Source of the DNA: a virus
Lineage: Duplodnaviria; Caudoviricetes
Strand: one strand, 5' to 3'
DNA: 64,000 nucleotides
Virus record (IMG/VR): IMGVR_UViG_3300050343_000064
Coordinates: 771-64,770 of that record
The notes under the pieces were generated by a model that saw only the letters and a program-made list of their open reading frames with translations, had not been told where the DNA came from and ran no database searches. Both the position numbers and the translations under genes were made by a program. Of the stretch, positions 55,219 through 64,000 are shown piece by piece (within the stretch, counting starts at the first letter, position 1; every line of letters begins with the position of its first letter).

Positions 55219-56711
55219 TAGTAATTTTCTTTCTTAAATGTTTTTGGTTTGTATGTTTCTATTTTTTTATCAAATCTCGCTACAACAAACACAGATAGTT
55301 TTGTTTTACCTACACGTTTAGTTGTACAGTTTAGATCATCTTTCAACATTTGTGATGTTCTTTGATATGGAACTCTCCAATGTTTTCTTGATAAATAATT
55401 ATTAAAAAAGTTATCAAATACAAAGTGATGAAAACCATCTTTAGTATAAGTACCACCATTACGTAAGTCTTCGTAGTCGTCTTTTTGTATCCTGTTTACG
55501 CAATAATCTTCTAAGTAATTATTTAAAATATCTTTTGTACTTGTACCTTCTGCAGGTTCTGTAATTTCTGCATTAGTTAACAATGCAGTTGTAACTTTTT
55601 TCCAGTCACCAACTTTTACTGTTGGTGGATTTATTCTTAATTGTTTAATACATTCTTCTTGAAATAAAATTTGATTAGCTAAATGTTTTGCTGAGTCCAG
55701 ATATAATCTATTTCCATCTACATTCATATAATAATATGGTTCTTCCAAGTTAACTACTTGTAAATCTGTTAGACTTGGAAACACTGGTTCTTGACCTATA
55801 CCAAATTTTCTTTTCTTACATAATTTTTTATCACACAAACTACACATAGGTTGGTCACTACATTTATAACCCCACTCTTTTTTTTCATGTTGTTTTGTAA
55901 TTATATTTACTTCTGTATCAGATAATGGTTGTTCCATTGCAGTTTCATTAAATACTATTACTTTTGATTTCCAATTGTCAGGCCATTTAGATTTTGCATA
56001 TACACCATAATGAAATAGTGCATTATTTCTACCACCCTCACCAATTTTATTTTGTGCCATTAATTCTATACATGGTGGTCCATCAGAGTATGGAGTCTCC
56101 GGTCTTTTAACTTCTATTGTTTTGATGTCTTGTTGTTTATATCTTTCGTAGAGTTCAAAAAAAGCATCTATACTAGCAGCTTCGCCATCCTCCATAAAGG
56201 CGTATCTTGTTGTTTGACCACAATTAAAGTATGGTAAATTTAAAAAGTTTCCTGTATCATCTTTTGATTTTAATTCTCTTTGTTTAGGAAATACTTCTGA
56301 TCCACCATAACCTAATACAGATCTAATCTCGTTTAATTTATCTTGCATCAAACCTGCTGATACATAATCTTCTGTAAATAAAAATACATGAGCACCACCA
56401 GACTTTGATCTACATACTACTAATGGTAATTGAAATTGTTTTATTTTATTAATTAATTTTTTGTGATCAAACTCTGCGTATGAGTCGATGTCTATACATC
56501 CCCACTTACATTTGTTATCATCATTGATAGGTATAATACCCAAACTGTCAGCACCATCTAAATGCTTTTGCCACAAATCGTCTGTGACTGGTTCTCGTTT
56601 AACAAACGATTTACCTTTAATTTTATTACCGTCACCATTTGATTCACCTACTAGAGTGACACCATGTGCACGGTCTAATCCATCAAATATATTTTTAAAT
56701 CTTTCTATCAT
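55218..56711 (-). CDS. AEP-superfamily primase with PriCT-like domain
   Basis: WGCIDID, RSKSGGAH, GNFLNLPY, PPC..GGRNNALF. Confidence 0.85.
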   Translation of the reverse strand: MIERFKNIFDGLDRAHGVTLVGESNGDGNKIKGKSFVKREPVTDDLWQKHLDGADSLGIIPINDDNKCKWGCIDIDSYAEFDHKKLINKIKQFQLPLVVCRSKSGGAHVFLFTEDYVSAGLMQDKLNEIRSVLGYGGSEVFPKQRELKSKDDTGNFLNLPYFNCGQTTRYAFMEDGEAASIDAFFELYERYKQQDIKTIEVKRPETPYSDGPPCIELMAQNKIGEGGRNNALFHYGVYAKSKWPDNWKSKVIVFNETAMEQPLSDTEVNIITKQHEKKEWGYKCSDQPMCSLCDKKLCKKRKFGIGQEPVFPSLTDLQVVNLEEPYYYMNVDGNRLYLDSAKHLANQILFQEECIKQLRINPPTVKVGDWKKVTTALLTNAEITEPAEGTSTKDILNNYLEDYCVNRIQKDDYEDLRNGGTYTKDGFHHFVFDNFFNNYLSRKHWRVPYQRTSQMLKDDLNCTTKRVGKTKLSVFVVARFDKKIETYKPKTFKKENY

Positions 56712-56722
56712 ACAAAATAAAA

Positions 56723-56754
56723 GTGGGCGTCGCCACTCTCGCTTAAACGCCCAC
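56723..56754 (-). promoter_or_regulatory. Conserved stem-loop upstream of primase (copy 2)
   Basis: gtgggcgt-cgccactctcgcttaa-acgcccac. Confidence 0.65.
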
Positions 56755-56769
56755 TACCTAGGATACTGG

Positions 56770-57522
56770 TTAGTAGTTAGAAGAACCTTTTGTAGTTTCT
56801 TCCGTACTATGTTTAGCTTGAACTTCACCTTTACCTACAGATTCTGCAAATGACTTAGCCATATCATATATAGCTTTATCTTCTACAGGACTAACTTTAG
56901 ATACATCCCAACCAAACCATGTTCCTTTGTCATTAGACATCTGAACGGTTGATAGTTTATAAATGTGGCTATAAGTTGGCGGTGTGAATAAACCGTTTTT
57001 ACCTTGCATCTTAATACCCATCATCATTGAGTTCCATTTTCTACTAACTTTAAGTTGAGTAGACTTCATAGAAATCAAAGCTGTCTGTGGGTTATCTCCA
57101 AGAGTCAATACAAAGTGACTAGCTGTGTTATCAAGATAGTTACCGTTTGGTAATCTGTCTTTATAATCTTTACCTCTAGTCGTCTGACTTACAATGTCAC
57201 TGTCTGCCTCGTGCATTGCAACAGGTGCACCTGTACTGGTACCTCTGTCTTGCCATTCGATGTACTGTCTTTTGTAATGACATGGTACAACATTTAAAGT
57301 GTCATACAATTCATTAGTTACAGTATTTATTATTTTGCCTGGTTCTGCACCATCGACATATTTACCATCTCTTTTGTTTACCTCTGGAGATAGTTGTCCC
57401 AAAATTTTTAAGAATGGTAACGCAAGATCTTCTTGCGATATATTTTGAGCGCCTTGTGCTGCATCAGCTTCCATATCAAATGTTGCTAATGCGCTATTCT
57501 TTTTTTCTGCTACTTGGTTCAT
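56770..57522 (-). CDS. Putative ssDNA-binding/replication protein
   Basis: LPFLKILGQLSPEV, ALISMKSTQLKVSRKWNS, NDKGTWFGW. Confidence 0.7.
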   Translation of the reverse strand: MNQVAEKKNSALATFDMEADAAQGAQNISQEDLALPFLKILGQLSPEVNKRDGKYVDGAEPGKIINTVTNELYDTLNVVPCHYKRQYIEWQDRGTSTGAPVAMHEADSDIVSQTTRGKDYKDRLPNGNYLDNTASHFVLTLGDNPQTALISMKSTQLKVSRKWNSMMMGIKMQGKNGLFTPPTYSHIYKLSTVQMSNDKGTWFGWDVSKVSPVEDKAIYDMAKSFAESVGKGEVQAKHSTEETTKGSSNY

Positions 57523-57524
57523 GT

Positions 57525-58073
57525 TTATTTGTTCCTTTTTATTGTTGTCTTATTCTCTGAGAATACCCCAAAGATTTCCGTTGGCATTTCTTTACCTGCC
57601 TCAATACGCTCACGGACTAGCGCTTTCAGAGTCATGGGCTCAACCTTCATCTTTTGTGTCGGTTGAAACCCTTGACCCTTCGCAAGTTCAGCATATGTTG
57701 CTGCCTTGTTATCTTCGTTACGACCAAATGATACCAAGATCTCGTTCTTAATAATATCACCTAGTCCATTGTCTCGAAGCCAGTTAAACGCCGTCTCTTT
57801 ATTTGCTTCTGTAATAGTAGCACGATACGTCGTTGAAACTTTAAGATGTGATCCATCTTGAAGTTTTAATTCTGCTAAACCCATCTCGGACATCATGGTC
57901 GGTATAACCTCACCTGATATACGTTGGTATTCTTTTTTTAAATCTTTAATGTTATTCTCACTTGTCTCTATTCTTTTATGTAAGCCCTCTAACATTTCTA
58001 CTTGATCTGCAAGAGACTGAATGTTTTCAGTTTTGCTCATTGCATCTTGTTGGTCTTGTTCAAAGTTAATCAT
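57525..58073 (-). CDS. Conserved phage coiled-coil protein
   Basis: Intact 182-aa ORF, conserved in both copies. Confidence 0.85.
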   Translation of the reverse strand: MINFEQDQQDAMSKTENIQSLADQVEMLEGLHKRIETSENNIKDLKKEYQRISGEVIPTMMSEMGLAELKLQDGSHLKVSTTYRATITEANKETAFNWLRDNGLGDIIKNEILVSFGRNEDNKAATYAELAKGQGFQPTQKMKVEPMTLKALVRERIEAGKEMPTEIFGVFSENKTTIKRNK

Positions 58074-58431
58074 CTATTTCTCCTTTCTCGTATAGATTAA
58101 TCTCAATAGGATAATATTTTCTTTCTTGTTTATCCCACTTCAATACATTGTATTTACCGTTTGTAATATCAGATACAATAGAACATGCAACACCAATGAT
58201 TGCAGGATCTCCTGTTAATAATAAATAATCTTCTGGTGTATAATCTCTTAAACCTTTTCTTAATTTAAAAATTAATGGACCAGGAGAAAAAATCATTTGA
58301 GAAAACTCTGGTAATAAAAAATTAAATTTACCTGAAGTAGAATAAGAAGCTGCACCCATAATATTTATTTTAGGACTACCTGCTTGGCTACCTGGTATCT
58401 CTTGTATTACATAAACTTTTCTTTCTGACAT
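58066..58431 (-). CDS. Conserved hypothetical protein
   Basis: VYVIQE, DYLLLTGDP, LKWD; conserved in both copies. Confidence 0.8.
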   Translation of the reverse strand: MSERKVYVIQEIPGSQAGSPKINIMGAASYSTSGKFNFLLPEFSQMIFSPGPLIFKLRKGLRDYTPEDYLLLTGDPAIIGVACSIVSDITNGKYNVLKWDKQERKYYPIEINLYEKGEIDD

Positions 58432-58467
58432 TGACAAACAATATAATCATGTTTATATTAATGTCAA
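58431..58467. promoter_or_regulatory. Overlapping divergent promoters between the replication operon and the SNF2 helicase
   Basis: Plus: TTGACA-N17-TATATT; minus: TTGACA-N16-TATATT; similar layout at 2377-2412. Confidence 0.65.
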
Positions 58468-58488
58468 CTAGAAAGAAGAAAAAAAATT

Positions 58489-59919
58489 ATGAATTATAAA
58501 TTTAAAACTAAACCCTATGCACATCAATTAACTGCATTGGAAAAATCGTGGAACAAAGAAAACTTTGCTTATTTTATGGAGATGGGTACAGGTAAAACAA
58601 AAGTATTAATAGACAACCTTGCTATGTTATATGACAAAGGCAAGATAGATGGTGCTTTAATTATTGCACCTAAAGGTGTTGTTAAAACTTGGTATGAACA
58701 AGAACTTCCTACACACTTACCAGATCATATAGAAAATGTGTCTGTATTGTGGCAACCAAATATTACAAAAACACAACAAGAAAAATTAGATTCTTTATTT
58801 GAAATAGATAGTGCATTACATATTTTAGTTATGAATGTTGAAGCTTTATCAACAGACAAAGGTGTTAAGTTTGCAACCAAATTTATTAACTCTCACAAAA
58901 CTTTGATGGCTATAGATGAGTCTACTACAATTAAAACTCCTACTGCTAGACGTACTAAAAATATTATTAAGATGGGAGTAAACGCTAAGTATAAAAGAAT
59001 CATGACCGGTTCTCCTATTACAAAAAATCCTCTGGACTTATATACACAGTGCGAGTTCCTTGATCCGTGGTTATTGGACTTTAGTTCTTACTACGCGTTT
59101 CGTAATCGTTATGCTGAAATGAAAACGATGCATGTACACGGACGTTCTATTCAAGTAGTAGATAAGTTTCAAAATCTTAGGTGAGTTATCAGATACAGTA
59201 AAACAATTTTCATACAGAGTATTAAAAGAAGATTGTTTAGATTTACCCCCTAAAGTATTTATCAAACGTCATATAGCATTGACAGCTGATCAACAAAAAT
59301 TTATAAACAAATGAAAGATCAAGCTCTTGCTGTGCTTAATGGTAAAGTTACAACTACCATGACTGTGTTAACTCAATTAATGAGACTACATCAAATTACA
59401 TGTGGTTATGTAACTGCTGATGATGGGACCACACAACAAGTTGAAAGCAATAGACTTAATGAATTAATGTCCATACTAGAAGATACGGAAGGTAAAGTTA
59501 TTATATGGGCCAACTATCAATTAAGTGTAGGTGAGATTATACAGAAAATAATTAAAGTATATGGTCCAGATTCATATGTTCATTACTATGGTTTAACACC
59601 ACAAGAAGATAGACAAGACTATATTCGTAAGTTTCAAAACGATCCTAAGTGTAGATTTATTATAGGTACACCTCAAACAGGTGGTTATGGTATTACACTT
59701 ACGCAAGCTAATACTGTTATCTATTATTCTAATGGTTATGATCTAGAAAAGAGACTCCAATCAGAAGACAGAGCACACAGAATAGGACAAAAGAAAACAG
59801 TGACTTATATCGATCTGATTTGCGAGGACACGATCGACGAGAAGATTGTGAAGGCTTTAAGAGATAAAATAAATATTGCATCTGAAGTTATGGGTGAAGA
59901 ATTAAAAGATTGGATTTAA
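58489..59919 (+). CDS. SNF2-family helicase (copy 2, two indels)
   Basis: MEMGTGKT, IDES, MTGSP, GGYGITLT, QSEDRAHRIGQ. Confidence 0.9.
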
Positions 59920-60394
59920 AGTATATCTTTTGCTTTACCTAAAATAGGTTTGTATTTAGTTTTATTTTCTTCTCTATATGCATGTAGAAATTGTTTTCTT
60001 GGTGTGCCTTCTGTTATACTACAAGTGTATCCATCCCGAGTTAGGTTCTCCAGGAACGTAGTACTCGACGATCAGCTGATCCCAATTCAAGCTCTCTATG
60101 TATCCAATCTGCAAGTTCAGCATTGTCGACTCCAACACATTCGAAGTCTGCCGCTTCCGCACGTGAGTGCTGGCTGTTGATCGAACTACCGATGGCTTGG
60201 CAAAGCTGAGGAGAACGGAACCCTGATGTGACTTTGACTCTACCGAAATGATCTCTTACCGGTTGTAAAATTTTTTCACAAAGTAATTTTAATTTTTCTA
60301 TTTGTTCTGCGTTAGGTTATTGTTAATACCTTTACGTATAGCAGTGTCTGATTTAATTAAGCTCTTGAAGAGTAAAGTTTCGTGTAAGTTCCAT
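59916..60394 (-). CDS. Peptidase M15A (copy 2, frameshifted)
   Basis: MELTRNFTLQE start; VTSGFRS; SQHSRAEAADF; SGWIH. Confidence 0.8.
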
Positions 60395-60399
60395 TTTTA

Positions 60400-60570
60400 T
60401 ATTTATTAATTAGTAATGCAATTATAACTGCACCATTCCACCAATATCATATTTTCTAATCTTTAATATTCTATCTTTTATTTCTTTAATTTGTTCAAAA
60501 GTTTGTTTCTGCATAATCGACATAGCTTTTCATGAGAATCTATTTTCTGTAATGCAGATCTTTTAGCCAT
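60400..60570 (-). CDS. Small coiled-coil + TM protein (holin/XhlA-like), frameshifted
   Basis: MAKRSALQKIDSHEKLC..., hydrophobic end, directly upstream of the endolysin; absent from copy 1. Confidence 0.45.
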
Positions 60571-60659
60571 TATATTGTAACCCCCGCTACAATAGAAACC
60601 CGATAGGACTTGCCTATCATACCGCCCAAACTTTTAAATTTGTTTATCATTATACAATC

Positions 60660-63600
60660 CTTTTCCCAATAAGAATCTTTCAATGTATCTAACTCATCTA
60701 TTGGAAATACATAATCTTCATTTAATCTAAATTTATATTTTATATTCTCTTTGTTTTCTTTTCTAAGTTGTGAATCAATAGTATCAACTTTTGTTTGAAA
60801 TCTTGCTTTTGAATAATTGGTTGGTGTAAAAACACCATCTAATAAATTACCTCTTAGCCTTGAACTAACTCCAGATTTTTTTAAAATATTATCTATATCG
60901 TCTTCACTTAAATCTAAAAGTTTTAAATCTTGAATTCTAATAAACATATCTTTCTGTATTCTAAATGCTTCATCTTGCATTTTTTTAAATGTTTTAACTT
61001 GAGTCATTGGTGTGTTCTCACCATAATTATTTACATTGTAAAAGTTTTCATTTTCATCAACAGCTCTTAAAAGTCTATTCATGTCTGATGCAAAATACCT
61101 TAAATCTTTTTTAGTATCTATTCTAATAATTCTAGTACCTGCTAGCAATGCTAACAATTCATCTTTTAAATTTAAAGGTTTACCACCTTTTGTTAAATCT
61201 TTTCCTATTGCTCCTTCAATTTTTTCTGCACTAGTAAATACACCTGGTTTTACTCCATCTAATATATAAGCAAATGATTTTGCAAATTTATCTCCAATAC
61301 TATCTGATGCAGCAAAGACCGTACCACCTTGATCTTTTTTACCATTTCTTACAGTAACATCTAAAACCCTATCATAACCTAAAGGCTCAGTTATAAATGG
61401 TGATAAGAAATGTCATCACAGGTCCATCTTCTGCAAACATAATACTCATTACATAGTCGTCTGTTTCTTGAGGATTTAATTTTTGTTTATTAGCTTGGTT
61501 GATTGCAGATTCAAAAGGTGCCCACAAACTATCATAAGGTGAGAAGTATGAAAAATTAATTGCTGCTGATTCACCATCTTTCCATCCTGTTACAGGAAGT
61601 AAGTTAGAGTTCCTGTCCCATGGTGCAGCTGAAGAACGTTTGTAAGCGTCCCACTGAGAGTCTGTTGAATTAGTTAAAAACTGTGCAAGTTCTACTAATC
61701 CTGTTCCTGTTGCGTAACTTGTCATAAATGCACCAGTTAATCTTCTAAGACCCATTTGTCTTATTGCTGGATTACTGCTAGATGTTTCTTTTAAACCTAT
61801 AGATACAATGTTTGCACCTGTTCTAAGTATTTCTGCAGGGAAAGATATGAAAGCACCCAAAGGTAGTTTTCTTAATTCTTGTATTGCTGGAGGTACTTTA
61901 GAATAAGTTGGGTACGTGTTTCTAATTAAATATGCTGAAATATCATCAACATGATCATCGAAGTTTTTAATTACACCTGTTACTGTAGGATTAGTTTCTA
62001 AAAACTCTTCTACCCATTTCTCTGTACCATTTTTTAACATCATCTATATTTTTAAGAGCTTGATTTATTTGTGATCTTGAATACTCATAACCAAAGTGTT
62101 TCCATAAGTTATCACCACCTGCATATAGTCTTGCAACCTTGTCGGTAGGTGCCATTTTAATTAACTTATCAAATAATTGATCTGATGTTCTTACTTCTTG
62201 GTTTTTAATCTGATTCATGATTGCTTTTAATTCAGATGCTACAACGTTTTCATCCCAAACACCTAGTCTAACTAATTTTTCTACATAGTTATTAAATGAA
62301 ACTTCATCTATATTTTTTTACCACCTGCTTTAAATATATCTCTTAAACAATCTTCATTGCATTAGTAACACTAGCTCTACCACCTATGTGGCCATTCATT
62401 AATGCAAAGAAAGAAGCTGATGTTACATTTCTAACTTGTGTTTGTGGTGAGTATAATGTTTTACCAATCAGCTTTAGCTCTTATTTTTAAATCTTTATTT
62501 CTTCCAACTACATTTTTAGCTACCCAATCTATTGCTGTATTATATACCTTTTCATCTGGTGCATAGTTTGGATTAGTGAATGTTGAAAAAGATCTTAACA
62601 TATAATCTTTTATTCTATTTATTTCTATGCCCTCTAAATTTTTTGTAATAGCATCACCATCTTTACCTTTTGGTAAAGCTTTTTTAAATTCTTTCATTGT
62701 GTTTTTTATTTCAAGTTTTAAATCATCTGCTAAGTCCACTAGTTCTTTGGGAAGATCATCTCTTTTAAGTTGTCCTCTTAAAAATTCTTCTATTTGATCA
62801 AGATAATGTTTTTGTAATGCAGGAGAAGTAGTTGCACTATTGTAATTGTTTTCAAATTTTTTAGCTAGCTCGTAAGATCTTTTTTCAATACCTTCCATAG
62901 TTCTATCTAATTTTCTTGCTCTACCTTTTATAAAAAGCATAGCTTTTTCTGATATACCTTCAATGTCTTTAGGTGCTTTACCAAAAGATCTAAAGTAAGA
63001 TAAGATGTTATCTAAACGTTTAATAACTCTTTTTTCTTTTGCTGGGTTTGTTACAGAATACAATCTCCAGTCTTCAAATTTTGGTAACTGTTTTACTATT
63101 TTTCCTGAAAATGTTGATACGATCGCAGGAGCAAGTGCTTTAGTTAATACAAAGTCTGTAGCGTTTCTAATTGTTTTAGCAGTGCCTGCTACAACAGGTT
63201 TAACTGCTTCTCTAGATCCAAGATAACTAATAGGTCTAAATACAGCAGTGTTTATACCTTTAGCTCCTAACTTAGCAGTTGTTTTTACAAATGGTGCAAG
63301 ACCAAACTTGTAACCAAGTTGTAAACCTTTTCCAATTAAAGGAAAGCCGGCACCAATGATAGCACCTTCTTGTCCATATTTAATTCTATTTCTAAATTCA
63401 GCTGCAGCTCTTTCTTTACCTTTTAAACCTTTTGTAGACTCTGGTTCAAAGTAGGGAGTGCTTCTTCCTTGTTCTGATGCTAAAAAATCTGTTGCTCCTA
63501 CAACAGCCATACCTTCTATAGCTCTTGCAGCGATCTTACTAACCTTTGCTTTTTTACCACCTTTAATTCCTGAAATTATTTTTTTAATCTGTCCAGCAGT

Positions 63601-64000
63601 TTTTGTTCTTCTTAATACTTTTTGTATAATACCACCTGGTATTGCAAACTGAGTCATTAGACCAACCAGGTCACCTCTCCATGTTTCAGGTCTATCCGGT
63701 TCTTTGTCTTTCATCATCTCATCAAACTTTCCTAAAAAGTCTGAATCAAATGCATAGTCTAAACCGCTAAATAAAGTTGTTCCTACTCCAGACATTAAGT
63801 CATAACTACCGGAGTCTACTCCTTTTCTTATTTCGTCTATAATAGATATATAATCTTTTTCTTCACCGTCTTTTAATAACTGCATTGAATCCACAGGTTT
63901 GTCATATTTTTTAGACATTACTTGGTCTAAAAGTAATTTCATGTTTGGTGATCCAGAAACAATAAATCTTGCTAAACTTTTATCTTCCTTTTGAAAAGGA
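60660..64000 (-). CDS. Large internal virion protein, copy 2 (partial, internal deletion at ~62465)
   Basis: ORFs 62461-63942, 61991-62218, 61387-62043 and 60570-61157 are homologous to 4376-8071. Confidence 0.75.

Larger units (their letters stand above)
56060..64000. repeat. Copy 2 of the diverged ~7.9-kb direct repeat
   Basis: Same genes in the same order as 1-7900; offset ~56.06-56.10 kb. Confidence 0.93.

Noticed and set aside
62455-62475. Real internal deletion or intron-like excision in the large virion gene
   Set aside because: The junction joins at the microhomology TTACCAA and breaks the frame; similar abrupt joins at ~4375, ~6315, ~16085, ~26050-26100, ~45545 and ~60660 point to assembly collapse
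1-64000. Stop-codon reassignment or mass pseudogenisation (decayed prophage)
   Set aside because: Breaks are frame changes, not in-frame stops at conserved positions; no host genes or integrase flank the genome

Overview
The window holds essentially one complete, AT-rich, ~56.1-kb genome of a tailed dsDNA phage with podovirus-type architecture, plus ~7.9 kb of a second, diverged pass through the same genes: 1-7900 re-appears at about 56060-64000. Gene content and order are family A DNA polymerase, UvrD-like and SNF2-like helicases, AEP primase, GroES, peptidase M15, clustered 2OG-Fe(II) oxygenases, Gly-rich fibre paralogues, portal and terminase. From memory this matches the marine HTVC023P/HTVC027P-like pelagiphage (SAR11 phage) group; the host is inferred, not shown. 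Many genes are broken by 1-nt indels and a few short deletions, which look like consensus/assembly errors. No tRNA, rRNA, CRISPR array, integrase, reverse transcriptase or RNR was seen. The most unusual signals are: (1) a short bipartite peptide tag, [FYKAN]xxGG-R[IVA]G[YLM]xxG, shared by about nine otherwise unrelated putative head-cargo proteins; it punctuates one of them into modules, the last of which starts with an internal twin-arginine (Tat-like) signal; (2) an early-region island built from repeated units of promoter, ORF or ncRNA, GATCA..TGATC-closed stem-loop and (NNCAAGC)n heptamer run, including a ~450-nt array of abutting non-coding hairpins and a GP88 radical-SAM-like gene; (3) a four-gene 2OG-Fe(II) oxygenase cluster, one member lacking metal ligands, next to Gly/Pro-rich fibre genes; (4) an unannotated 44-aa Zn-finger peptide ending in a ribonucleotide-reductase-like CxxCQ tail.
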